Assembly: GCF_009914755.1 (NCBI RefSeq) | Contig: NC_060933.1 | Reading direction: 5' to 3' (one strand) | Length of the DNA stretch: 64,000 bases | Source of the DNA: the human T2T-CHM13v2.0 reference genome, Homo sapiens | Part shown: piece by piece, positions 44,400 through 59,210 of the stretch | Layout: every line of letters starts with the position of its first letter | How positions within the stretch are numbered: the stretch's first letter is position 1 | Program-made: the position numbers and the translations under genes | Notes under the pieces: model-generated | The model's input: the letters and a program-made list of their open reading frames with translations, nothing else | What the model was told of the DNA's origin: nothing | Database searches by the model: none

Positions 44400-45004
44400 T
44401 GTTATATAGTATGTTGTTTGATTGTCATACAAACCTTCAGAAGTATTTGAGGCAGGCACTATTATTGACATTGTATTTACAGAAAAATATGATGATGAGA
44501 CGTTAAGTAATTGCCCAAGGTCACACAGAATAAATTAGTCAATATTGGTACCAGATAATCTGGCTCAAGCCTCATAATCTCTTCACTATTCCTTATTTGT
44601 GAGGGCAGCAAAAGTTCTGATTATACTCCGAGTGAAAGTCATTCGTGTGGGTTGGTGTGGGGGTAGGGGTGGGGGTAGGGAGAGAGACCTGTATTACCCC
44701 CAAGGTGGTAGATAACATCAGATAAGCAGAATTAATTTCAACCCAATACGTCTGTAACTTTGACGTTGAATATCACTACTGTTTAGTAAAACTCTGGAAG
44801 AAGCAGTCCTGGCTTTAACTTAAGACTTCCAGGAAAATGTTGACCGTAGTTCAAGGTAAGGTTGGAAATTTACATCTTTGCCTCAGGATCTGCTTGAAGA
44901 TCATCATCAGCAGCTGCATTAAAAAGTATTTATTAGGCTTCAGCAGCTTTTCTCCCTTATATTCTGGGTAAAGTGGGTTAAGCAGGTATGATTCCTTCTA
45001 GAGG

Positions 45005-45311
45005 TTGTTTTGTTTTGTTTTGTTTTGGAGATGAAGTCTTGCTGTGTTGCCCAGGCTGGAGTGCAGTGGTGCAGTCTCGGCTCACTGCAACCTCTACCTC
45101 CTAGGTTCAAGCAATTCTCATGCCTCAGCCTCCTGAGTAGCTGGGATTACAGGCATGTGACAAAATGCCTGGCTAATTTTTTTGTATTTTTACTAGAGAC
45201 AGGGTTTTGCCATGTTGGCCAGGCTGGTTTTTAACTCCTGGCCTCAAGTGATCCACCCACCTTGGCCTCCCAAAGTGCTGGGATTAGAGGTGTGAGCTAC
45301 TGCACCCAGCC
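45005..45311 (-). mobile_element. AluS
   Basis: Antisense Alu with a (TTTTG)n tail. Confidence 0.93.
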
Positions 45312-46447
45312 TAAGTTTTAAATCTGAGATAGACAACACTGATGACCAGAAACATAAAAGATATCGATTAAGTACAATGAGATCCTCTAGTAAATAATGT
45401 GTTAGCAGTTGGATATGAGATGCCCGAGCCTAGGAAAAAATGAAAACAAATCTTGTCAGCCCTATCTATATGCCCTACACAGGTGAGGGCGGAATCCAGA
45501 CCTGGGAATCCAGTCATCTCATCTCTGATCAAGTTGCTGCCTGACGGTTAAATTTGTCATTTGGAGTTCCAAGTTCTTTTAGAGTCCCTGATGGCATTGG
45601 TGGTTTATATTCTGGCATGAGGGAAAACTCCTTGTAAGTTGATGCCTGTATTTAAGAATGCAAGATCCACCAGGACTCACAGAGAGATCATATCACTTGG
45701 GATCTTTGTGCAGCAAATTAGAGAAAACTAGCTGAAATGGGGCCTAAATAGCAAAAGGAATGTGTTGGCCCACGTAACTGAAGTAGATTGGCCTCAGGTG
45801 AACCGTGATCCAGCAGCTCACATGATACTACCATTTGACCTGGTATTCCCTCTTGTCTGCTTTGCCTTAGATGGTATCACTCTTATCCCTAGGCTCTGAG
45901 CCTCTGACTGTCTGGTCCAGATAGCAAGTGTCTGCAGGATTTCTAGACCCCATGCTCTTACACCAGCTTGTCTATGAAGATGGAAGACAAAGCTTTTCTT
46001 TCCAAGAAAAAACTGAAAACATCAACTCAAGTCTTGACTTTGGTTGGGGTTTGTACTTTATCTGACTCATTGATTCTCTGGGGCTATAGACGATGGGATA
46101 GACTGACAGTCTTAAGCCTCCTTCCCCTCATTAGGTAGAGCTAGGAGGAGGGTCATTCCTTCCCAAACTAAGTGACTAAGAATGGATACGTTTGTCCTCC
46201 AAAGCAAGATCTTTCTTTTTTCCTTCCAGAAAGAGTAACTGCAGTAATTAGGACCCAATTGATGGCAAAGGGATATGATCTAGGTGAGTCCATTGGGGTG
46301 CAGTTCTGGAGGGGGAATTCAGGACCTTCTTCTTACCTCCTCCTACCCCTGCAAATAGTCTGAGACTCACTAATAACTGACAGTGGTATTCAAATTGGAA
46401 CAGTGGTTCTTGCCTCTGACCTTTGCATATGCTCAAGTAGTCATCTG

Positions 46448-46620
46448 TCCTTCTTTCTCATCCTCTCCTCTTTATTCCTTTCTTCCTTCTTCCCCTTTCC
46501 CTCCATCTCTATTCCTCCCTCCTTCCCTTCGCTTCTCCTTCCCTTCTCCCTCCTTCCTTCCTTCTTTTCTTATCTTCCCTTCCTCCCCACCTTGCCTACC
46601 TCTCACATTTCCATTTTCCA
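46448..46620. repeat. CT-rich low-complexity tract
   Basis: Read directly. Confidence 0.8.
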
Positions 46621-47099
46621 AAAAACCTTTTTTAGCCCCTTTTGTGTGCCAAGCACACTGCATGGTACTGGATATTCCTGATGGAGCTCATCTTCCCTTC
46701 CATGTTCCCTTTTCCTTTAGCAAACTTCACTGCCAACAAAATGTGTTAATATTCTCTGTGTAAGGTGTTCTGCTAGATTCAGGGAGGTCCGTGGCTTCAG
46801 CGTGAATCTGAAGGATAGAGCTGGGGAGTGTTTTTAAATCATGATGACATTGTTCATAAAGATTGTGTCACACAGATTCTACTACCTATATTTTGGGGTG
46901 GGAGGGAGAGACAGGGAATGTAGTTTAAGAAAAGCAAGCATTTATGTCTGCCAGTGTTCTCAAATGAGCTCATGTATGAAGTGGGACATGGAACTCGCTG
47001 ACCTTTATTGGCCTCTGCATTCAGACTACCTGGGGTTGAATTCTAACTCCTCTGCCTTCTGACTTTATGAGCTTGGGCTGTTTACCTAACTTCTCAGGG

Positions 47100-47508
47100 T
47101 GTCTTAGTCTATTTTTGGTTTCTTATAACAGAATACCTGAAACTTGGTAATTTATGAAGAAAAGGAATTCATTTCTTACAGTTATGGAGGCTGAGAAGTC
47201 CAAGGTCCAGGGGCATAACAGGTGAGAGCCTTCTTACTGTCGAGGACTCTGCAGAGTCCCAAGGTAGTACAGGGGGTGAGGGGGCTGAGCATGCTAGCTC
47301 AGGTCTCTCTTCCTCCTCTTATAAAGCCACCAGACCCACTCCCATGGTAACTCATTAATCCACTAATCCATGAATGAGTTAATCCATTCATGAGGTCAGA
47401 GTCCTCATGACCAAATCCCTTCTTAAAGCCCCCACCTCTCGATACTGCCACACTAGGGATGAAGTTTCAACAGAAATTTTGAAGGGGATAAACATTCAAA
47501 CCATAGCA
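47100..47508 (-). mobile_element. MSTB/MSTC-like solo LTR inserted in a MIR
   Basis: TGTCTTAGTC...GGAGGCTGAGAAGTCCAAGGTC...CAAACCATAGCA. Confidence 0.85.
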
Positions 47509-47537
47509 TGGGGTCTCGTACTGAGGATTAAATTAGG

Positions 47538-47538
<1 letters not shown>

Positions 47539-47600
<62 letters not shown>
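47539..47600. repeat. (TA)31 microsatellite
   Basis: Uninterrupted run. Confidence 0.95.
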
Positions 47601-47603
<3 letters not shown>

Positions 47604-47986
47604 CTTAGAGCAGTGCCAGTCCACAGTATGCGTTCAATGAAGTTAGCTATTATTGTCATGGCGATGGGGCTTTATGGATAAGAGAGTGAAGCATAGGCAG
47701 TGGATTCTCATGAGTAGTCTCCCGTGCTTCCACATTAAGGACTAAATGTTGGCCAGTGGCTGTGCTCAGGCCCCGTCTTCCACATGTGGATGCTAGTGAG
47801 GCAGGGGTGCTTTCTTGCTGTGTATATTCACATTTCAGAGTCCCTCAGAGCTTCCAGAGGACTCTGCTGTGTGAACCTCACATATCTCTATTTTATAGTT
47901 TTTCAGATTACTTTGTAAATAATTATTGTTAATTTTCTTTAGCTTTTTAAAAATATGTATTAATATATTGAGCCTTTCAGTTATGA

Positions 47987-48299
<313 letters not shown>

Positions 48300-49219
48300 C
48301 CTATTGCCTTTTGATCCGTACTTTTTGATTAATATCCTCTAAAACACATGAAAATTCATTGTTCCCTCTGTTAGGTGCTTCCATAGAACACATATAGGAC
48401 CCTAGAAGTCCCATCTCTTTAGAAAAATTATCTTTCTGGGAAAATACAGAGTTTCTTTTATAACACATCTGTGTCTCTGTATGCTGGCCAAAAGCCTCAA
48501 ACCCCCGAACAGACCTGAAATGTTTATCCCTACCACTACTTCTGATAATAGGGGTTTGACTTTGTATTGCCCACACATCCCATTAAAACATATAATGTGA
48601 TTTGTGCGCATATTGTGAGCATTTGTTCATTTTATAACCTGTTTAGTAGTTCAGCCAAAAGCAACAAAAGTGAAATAAGAGAAACATCCTGAGCAAAAAG
48701 AATTGCTCTTTGATATACCTGTGCACTGGCATGAGAGGACAGAGGAGAGATTTGTGAAAGTGGACTCCTTTGTTACTAATATAACATCGGCTACTTTCTT
48801 TAACAATTAACATCTCAACCCCAATTTATCGTTATTGTGGCTGTTTTTTTGCTTTCATAATGACTTCAGAAAAATTCATAACATCATCTGGAGTCCCTTT
48901 ATCTGCAAAGCGATTAGTCAATTTCACTGGTACTCTAGGGAGAGACTTGGGAAGTGAAAGGTGGACATTTCCCACCAGATGGGGTTTCTTTACATGACTC
49001 TTATCAAATCAGGTGGGTGTTAGGAGCCTGAGAAATGTGAGCGTGAAGAAATGTGAAATGTGAGATTTGGATAAGGTCGTTTGGATTTAAAGAGGAAATT
49101 TCCATCAAGGGCCAACTCCTAGAGGAGATCACAGAGCAGAGGCTGGGGTGTGGCTGCAGGTAGCCATGCCATTGAGCCAAGGTGGGCTGACTCGAGGAAG
49201 AGCTCAAGCAGATGCTTTA

Positions 49220-50750
<1,531 letters not shown>

Positions 50751-51377
50751 GAACAAAGCAAAAAAATGTGAGTGTGTGACTGAAGTGGTACATCTGACTT
50801 TGCCACTGATTCTCATCACTTCTCAGGGCCTCGCTTTCCCCATCTAGAAGGGCTGGGATAGTGGCTGTTCTGCAAAGAGCCCCCAGGGGCCACATTGCGT
50901 CTAGCTCATAGCTCTGCCTCCCTAGTAGGATGCAGCCCTTGTCCTCAGGGTTCCAGGCAGTGGGAGCTCCGGCCACCATGCCCATATTTAGGCAGCAACT
51001 AGAGAGAGGATGAAGAGGAAGAGCAAAGGACTACACTATCTTTTAAGGAGATTCATGGAAGTGGATAGTTGACACTTTTGCATATATCCTATCGGCCAGG
51101 ACTTAGTGATGTGGCCACACATAGCTCCAAGGGAAGTTGAGAAATGGAGTCTTCATTCTGAATGGCCATGAGCATAGCTAAAAATGAGGGGTTGTCTTAT
51201 TAAGATAGAAGGGGATGAGAGTTATAGAGGGACAACTAGCTGTCTGTACTGTGGGTTTAGATGATGTCCTAAACATTCAGTGTAGAATATTGCAGTCTTC
51301 GAAGATGTAAAATATCTTTAATATTTGATTGCTAATTTTTTTCTTTAGACTAAAGAATTTAGGATGCTGACATAAAC

Positions 51378-51452
51378 TATGATGATGATATTTTTGATGA
51401 TGGTGATGAGGATGATGATGATGAGGAGGAGGAGGAGGAGGAGGAGAGGAGG
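51378..51452. repeat. (GAT)n(GAG)n trinucleotide tract
   Basis: Read directly. Confidence 0.85.
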
Positions 51453-52113
51453 AATATCTACCAGAGAAAATAGTCCAGGGTGTTATATATGACAATTTAC
51501 AACCCGATGAGAAAAGTATTTTTCCCATTTTACAAATAAGTAAATTGATGCTCAGAGTGGGCAAACCTCTGAGGCCAAACCAGGTCTTACGAATGGAGTC
51601 ATGATATAGCCACAAAGATTGGGAACAAGGTTTTTGGGAAGCAATGTGGCTCTCTGTTGCAAGTAAAAAAACTGAATTCCAAATGACATAAACAACAAGG
51701 AAAAAGTTACATCTCGTATTAAAATGTCTAGAAAGGGCAGCAGCAGAGGTGGGTAATTTATTGCCTCAGCAATGTCTTCAAGGAACCAGGTTCTATCATT
51801 CTCAGGATGTGGTCTTTGACCTTGATGATATTTCCTCATGGAAAGGCCCCAGCAGTGCGAGCTATTACCCTCACATACGATGTGGTCTTATGGCAGAAAA
51901 GAGACTGCCTACTGTTTATGTGTCTTTTTAAAGTCGGGGAAACTTTTCCAGAAGTCCTCCTGTGCCATATTTGTCCTATTTTGTGTAAATTCACCTTTGC
52001 TGAGGACTAGGTACCTGAATAAAGTCATGATTCTCTTAATATGAAAAGCAGTGGGAATGATTTTGGGTGGGAAACTGTCAACACCTCTAATTCATTCATA
52101 GGTTATTTGCCCA

Positions 52114-52236
52114 TTAGCTGGGTGTGCCTGTAGTCCCAACTACCCCAGAGGCTAAGGCTGGAGGATTGCTTGAGCCCAGGAGTTCAAGACCACCCTGGGC
52201 AACACAGAGACATACAGAGACCCTATCTCTTTAAAA
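52114..52236 (+). mobile_element. Alu monomer fragment (FLAM/FRAM/AluJ-like)
   Basis: CCTGTAGTCCCAAC...TTGAGCCCAGGAGTTCAAGACC. Confidence 0.75.
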
Positions 52237-52237
52237 A

Positions 52238-52313
52238 GTATATATAAATATATATATACACACATATATGTAGTGTGTGTATGTATTAAATATATAATAT
52301 GTGTGTGTGTATA

Positions 52314-52366
<53 letters not shown>
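52238..52366. repeat. TA/TG-rich simple repeat ending in (TA)21
   Basis: Read directly. Confidence 0.9.
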
Positions 52367-52369
<3 letters not shown>

Positions 52370-54750
52370 TTTCCCAATATTTAAGGACAATCTAGAATTC
52401 TAGAATTATGGATATTTCCCTGAAAATGTCATTACTTTTGGATGTCACTTGCTTATTATAACTTACTCACTTGCTTATCAATAAACATTTATGGAAAACC
52501 TTCTCTGGGTCAGATAGTGTATGAATAATGAAATTCATGCTTACTGTCAAAAAACATTTTATGATTTAGTGACAGAGTCAGATATCCTCAGCAACATTTA
52601 CAAAACAATGCATGGAATGCCACAATAGAGGCAATGAGGATGCTTAGAGGAAACCACTTATGTTGGCCTGGGGAATCGGAACTTGTGGCTGTAATAAAGC
52701 TTTCTTCTCTTAGATTATGAATGTTGCTCATGGGGAGCACTTAAATGAGCTCCCTGAGAACAGGGACCACAACTTCTTTGTTTTTATTTTTTAGTCTGAG
52801 TGTAGTGCTTTGACTATAGTAGTTGATCAATGTGGTGAGCAGAAAAGGTAGCTTCCCTACATTACAGCTAGTAGTGGTGTTTGCTGGACTTCAGCAGGTC
52901 TTTGTAAATTCAAAGCCCAGGCTCTCTAACACCATACATAGCACTTTGTTACTCACAATGAATGGTTTGCTACAGAATGCTTTCTCTTTTCTAATCTGCT
53001 TCTTGTCTGATTGTCATGCAAACTTGAATGGGATAATAAATGTAAAGTAATTAGCATAGAAGAAGCACTCAGTGACTATTACCTGCTATTATTACTTTAT
53101 AATGTAGTCTGCATTATTTTTTTCCTTTATTTAAATCTTCAACTTTGCTGAATTGCTTATTGAAGAAAATGCTGTCTCTAAACATAACATTACTGGCAGC
53201 TGGAAGTGAAACTTACACATTATGCTTCATGGTATCTGAGAGTCATGAAGTTTACAAAGACATTTCTGGTCTTATTCTGATAAATATCACATGCTAGTAT
53301 TTCCTACATTCCCATTTACTCAGTGTTCCCTACTTCCTAAAGGAGGGAAAAGCGCCGTCGAACAGTTGTCAAATTTTCTTCACAAACAGCTTGGTTTTCC
53401 TTAATGGATGAAATCACCCTTCGTTGATGGATCCATTTGCACAGGAATTTCTAGATCATCTCAGGGCTCACACTCTGGGTCCCACCTCCTGCTCTGCTAC
53501 AAACGGTTAGGTATCTTTATGCATCAGTATCCAGCTGGCCATAGCGGCCCTGTGTCAGAAATTATATTTCCTCTAATTGGCTAAAGGGACCATTTTCTTA
53601 ATAGTTTCTTTCTTTTATAGGGCCATGTGCTATATTCCATTTATATACACATTCTGGAACACAGTATTCCAGAGCATGTTAATTGTTCAGAGATAATGGA
53701 CCTAACAAATAGAATGGTGCGGTTAAGGAGAAATCCAGTTGCATGGAGGTCCTTGGTCTTTTGTGTGGCTTGAAGAGGTTGAGGATGCTGATGTGTTCTT
53801 TGGGAAGAGATTCACAGTTGACAGGAAACATCTGCTTTAATTTGCTCCAACATCAACAAGATCGATGTGGTAGGAAACCTGTTGTTACTGTGTGAGTTCC
53901 ATTTATCAAGGCAGGGCTTGGCCTGAAATCAGGGCTATTTGGACAGGTACCACAATGGGTCAAAATATGGACATAACAAAGCAGCATTACTTGAGAGTAT
54001 CGTGTGGCTGTTTCTCTATTTAAAGGGAGTCATGTTCCTTCTATACCTGTCTGGCTATCTTCATTTCTTTCTATGTCTTTCTCGTTATGTTTTTCTTTTT
54101 CAGCACATTTCCATTCAGGGCCTCAATTACGAGTGTAACAGTTCTCACCCTAAATTCTGCCTCCATATCCTCTCTCCTGGGTAAGAAAGGCTCCCAGTGA
54201 TGGCGACTCTCAATGGAGGGGGATTCTCCCCAAGGGTTTCCCAAATATTTTCAGAAACAGCTATGCAAACACACAGACTCACACACGCTAGTACTCACCA
54301 AACCTTGGAGATTATCCACTACCCCTAAGGTATACCTGCCTCTTCTGGCTAACCTTCAGAATCGCTTACCTAGAATTAATTAAAGATGCTCTTACTTTCA
54401 GGAAAACTGCCTTGGTTTTCATTATTTGGAAAAGTAAAGTTTGTATCTGACGCTTAAAATATGCCTCTGGAGAACTCAAAGAATTCAAAGCATTCTTATA
54501 TCAGTGCATCTGTGATACTAATCTTTTAGAAAATTATTACACTGCTAATAAAATGTGCAGTGTGGATTCATGCCACTGAGCTTAGGTTATTGCCTCCACT
54601 ATTTTTGAAATGCTAGTGCCCATGATGTCCTGATGCAGGAACTCATCTCTTAACAAAACAACACAGCCATATACAGAAAAAATAAGGTCCTTTTTCACCC
54701 ATTCTGGTGTAGGGTAGCTCAATCAATTAAAAGAAATTGCAAAGGCTATA

Positions 54751-55169
54751 TGCTATGGTTTGGGTGTTTGTCCTCTCCAAACCTCATGTTGAAATATGAT
54801 TCCCAGTATTGAAGGTGGGGCCTAATGGGAGGTGTTTGGATCATGAGGACACATCCCTCTTGAATAAATTAATTCTGTCTCTTGGAGGTGAGTTCTTACT
54901 CAGTTCCCATGAGAGCTGGTTGTCACAAAGAGCTGGTATCTCCCCATCTTCTTGCTTCCTCTCTCTCCATGTGATCTCTGCACATGCCAGCTCTCCTTCA
55001 CCTTCTACCATGAGTGGACACAGCCTGAGGGCCTCACCAGAAGCTGAATAGATGCTGGCACCAGGCTTCCCGTATAGCCCGCAGAACCATGAGCTAAACA
55101 GACCTCTTTTCTTAATAAATTACCCAGCCTCAGGTATTCCTTTATAGCCACACAAAATGGACTAAGACA
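54751..55169 (+). mobile_element. MSTB-like solo LTR
   Basis: TGCTATGGTTTG...AAACCTCATGTTGAAA...AATAAATTACCCAGCCTCAGGTATTCC...GGACTAAGACA. Confidence 0.88.
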
Positions 55170-56636
55170 CCCTATCACTGGAGTCCACTCAGACTACCAG
55201 GTGAGATAAATCCAGGAGCTTCCAGGTTCTTTGTTCTTGATTCTGGCAATGGGTCCAAATAAAAGACAATGAAAGGATATGCTATTGGCTACTTTGTCAT
55301 TTCATCTTCCTGCTTCCTACCTAATGACCTGAATGCACATGTGCTCCCGCTGTCAGTCTCCCCACTGTGAACAACTCTCCTTTCTCTTTACGAACCTCCT
55401 CTGCCCTGGGCAGGCTGGTGACCACACTGCTCTGGGCCAGATACTGTGCCCAGTACAGAGAGGAGGTGCACGAGGAAATGATAAGGCACATCTCTGCTTT
55501 GGAGAATCTCATTGCCCAAGAAGACATATAGACAAGTAAACCAGTTACAGAAATAATGGTTAAGGTACACTGGTGGTACGAAGAAGGGACGAATCAGTTT
55601 TGCTTAAGATTGGAGGATGCTGGGCAAAAAAGGCTTCAGAGAAGAGGAGGTATTTGGAGAGTGCATTGAAGGTTGAATAGAAGGTTTAGAGAATCAGAAT
55701 TTGCCTAGTGTACAGAAAGAAAAATTGAAAGGCAGTGGACGGCCATCAGTAGAAGGGTGTGAGGCACAAGTTATTGAGGTACATGAAGAGACTGACAGTC
55801 ATGATCATTATGAAGCATTAGTTGAAGGGTCACAGAGGTACGCATAAGTATACCAGTGGTAATGCTGCTGGAAGAGTAGCCAGGGGACTGGAGAAAAGAA
55901 GGCACCATGTTATGTGCTGGGACCTCATTCATTCTTCATGTCATAAGGAGCCAATTCTTCTCTGGACTTTTCCACATTCCATGCAAAGTCTGTCTGGCTT
56001 CCTGTCCATTTACTTTCTGGTCATTCAAGGCCTACCACTGTCCGGTGTCCAGTTGCTCCTCACATGCAGATGGAAAACCTGGGCCAGGTCAAAGTCTGAA
56101 GACCTAGAGAACTGGGCAGAGCTCTGGGCAGTGTGGGATCTGCCCACACCTCTCAGAGAGAGGAACTGAGGTGATTGTTCTGAGAGGCAGTGAGCAGGGA
56201 GACCCCGAAGCCAAAGGCTGGCAGGATCCAGCAGGGCAGAGGCCAGCAGGGGAATTCAGGGAAGAGCCTCAGGGCTGACAATGGGGACACCTGACTACAG
56301 TCAAGGGGATTCAAAGCACAGCCTGGAACCTGGAGGAATCCCCTGGAACATGGACACAGAAATGCGGACAGCTGAAGCCATGAACGTGACCACAGGTAGG
56401 GAGCTTGCAGTTAGGGACAGGAGCCAACTTTACTTAGACATAACTCAAATTCATTTCATTTCTGAAGGAAATGAAATTTCCTTCTTTTTCACCTGGTTGG
56501 AATTTATTGCTCTCTCCTTAATGGTGCATAGCACCTTGTTTATTTATGCTTTGAGTAATTGTAATATGCCTTGTTTTATAGTATTTTTATACATTTCTAC
56601 TTGAACTCTTGATTATAAATTTGTTAAGGCAGGGAA

Positions 56637-56681
<45 letters not shown>

Positions 56682-56706
56682 GTCTATCTTATCTATCTAT
56701 CATCTA
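56637..56706. repeat. (TATC)11 tetranucleotide STR with degenerate tail
   Basis: Read directly. Confidence 0.95.
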
Positions 56707-57199
56707 CACACACTAATGGTATTTTAGCTATAGCATACATAAATACATAGGTACATTTTGTTGAATTGAAATTAAGTGAATTAATCCCATCCTCTTTCAG
56801 AATAGAAATTATGTTTTCTGGGAGCTAGAAACTATTGTGAGAGATGTTAGTATTGTTGAAATTTAAAAGGGGCTGTCCAGTTCAGTTGTGGCCTGGTGTG
56901 TACTGAATGACATCCAAATTCTAAGTAAGTGGAATTGCTATCAGATCTGAAATAAATTAGCCATGCTCGTGAGAAGATGTAGAGTGAGGAATTCCTTCCA
57001 CAAATGCTCTGCTTATCTGATTATTGGTTAGCCAGTGATTTCCTGTCTTCCACAAAAAAAGATGAAATAGTAAGAGAAAAGTAAATACTAGGAGAAGTGC
57101 TTTGAGCCAAAGGGAGTCCATATAAGAAGTGATGGATGGCTCTGTTGGGATCCCAGCAGTAGTGCATGATGATGTTGTTGTATAAATACGTCAGCTCCT

Positions 57200-57456
57200 T
57201 TAACCCTCGGGGGACCCTGAAGCATGTGTTTTTCACGGGCCCCTAGCGTGCTCATGCGGGATTAAGTTTCAGTTGCCTACTGTGGTAATTGGCTTGAGAA
57301 GCCTATCTTTATTAATTTTCTCCTCTTCCTTGTCTTATTTCTCTTCTCCCCTACCTGTGTTCTCTTCATTCCCTTCCTCCCTACAAAATAAACTCTGTGA
57401 GTTTGAATTCTTGTTTCAGGATTCAAGTTTGCTCCTGGGGAACCAAATTAAGACTA
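57200..57456 (+). mobile_element. Old ERVL-type LTR 3' part (LTR16/LTR33-like)
   Basis: CAAAATAAACT...TCCTGGGGAACCAAATTAAGAC terminus. Confidence 0.45.
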
Positions 57457-58849
57457 AAGAATATGTATTCTCTTTCTTCTCATTTGGCGTTGAGACATTT
57501 TAAAGCCTCAACAATTTTCCCTATATAAGCAGTTCCAATTATTTGTGCCTGACTTATAAAAAGTAGGTAATGAGAAAATTAAGGCTTGCAGACAAATCTT
57601 ACACAATTGCAGCAGAATATCTCAGAAATGTGCCCAATTCTGAGATAGAAAGAAAAGAAAAAAAATCCCACATCTTTATTATGGTTTCCCAATGCCTCTT
57701 CAAAGCGCATTAAGTAGGTGTAATCCTCGCCCCTCCCATACGATAGTGGGCAGACCCCATGACTTTTACTAGCCAAGATAATAATCAAAACTCCACCTTA
57801 TCTTTAATGGCAAACCTTCCTCCAGTTGGAGTGTGCTTTGGGCTGTCCACCTGTGGTGGGAAAGAGAGGAAAGGAGGTATGGTCGGTGTCTTCTCTCCAC
57901 TTTGTGCCATTTCTCTTTTCTTCTCCCATCTCAGCTGGCCCACCATTTCTGACCTCTTGCTGTTGGAGGAATGGTAAGGAACAAGAAAGCTCTTACAGAA
58001 TGGACACTGATGTAATCTGGTTTTGCACATTCTATGCCTGGTGGTTGTTCAAAACTGACGCTTTTCCTGGGGCTTGCTTGGGTCCTTTGGAAGACGGTTT
58101 TCCAGAAGACTTCTCTCCTACAGGTCATTGTACCTGGTTCATGCATCTCTAGTTGCATGCATTCTTGGTGTTTACTTGTGACGCATTTGTAGCCCCCGTC
58201 TAGCTTCCTGCTGGTAGGGCCCTCCGCTCTCTAAGTGATTGTACTGGACAGAACCCCAAATGACCCTTGGCTGGATCTCTCCCACATGGCACACATCTGC
58301 TCTACTGAAAATGCTCATGACTTTCCTGGCCCGAGAAGCCTTGCTGATTCCAATACCACCTTACCCTGGTGCCCCAGGCTACTTTAGCATCATTGGGCCA
58401 AAGTCAGGCAGCATCCTCTGGGTCTCCCAGCTCCATTTAAGTTCATGAAAATGGTCATTTAAGCTTTCTGAAAGGTGTCTTAAGAAGCCTTGTTAGAAGT
58501 AGCAGCCCTTCCTCATTTTTCTTCCCTATAAGCAGAAGTGGGAATTCTCCTTGATAAAATCCTCCCCCCAAAAATATCTTCAAAAATCTTGTGGAATCCA
58601 ATAGTCATGGAAATGGTTCTCAGAATTTTCATGATAAGGTCTGCATATGGTGAGCTGGTTTTGGAATACCCCTTTTGTTGTATTCGATTATCCCAGGGAA
58701 ACTTTTTTTTCCAACATCCTGTTACTATAGTTTCAGATATCCTGCCATTAGGCCATATTTGGGGTCATAATTCAGGGCACTTTCACCTGTATGGGGGGCC
58801 TCTTGGAGAGAGGAGCATATTATTGAAAACAGTAAGCAGTTAATGCTTT

Positions 58850-59210
58850 ATTTTGCTTTATCATTTTATTGGTAAAATTTATTTCAATGCAAAACATATA
58901 CAGAGACAAGTACACGGTGGTAAATGTATAGCTCAATAAATCTAATGAAATAAACACACCAATGTAACAGATCAAGAAAGAGGACATTACTAGCTTCCAG
59001 ATGCCCTATCATGTGGCTTCCCAGTTTAGTTCCCTCAAGGATAATGAATATTCTGACTATTAATGTCATAGATCAGTTTTATCTTCTTTTGAAGTTTATG
59101 TAAGTGGAATCTTTTCTGTCTGGTCAATATCATGTTTCCGAGATTCATCTATATTGTTGCCTTTAGTTGGAGACTGTTCATTCTCATTACTGGATGGCCA
59201 TCCTGTGAAT
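58850..59210 (-). mobile_element. Old L1ME 3' fragment
   Basis: AATGTATAGCTCAATAAAT...CAGATCAAGAAAGAGGACATTAC...GAGATTCATCTATATTGTTGC. Confidence 0.65.

Noticed and set aside
44020-44409. 129-aa ORF
   Set aside because: Lies within the non-autonomous MER1A element.
51277-51615. Poly-Pro/poly-His ORF resembling a transcription-factor tract
   Set aside because: Artifact of the (GAT)n(GAG)n repeat next to a MIR; no exon structure.
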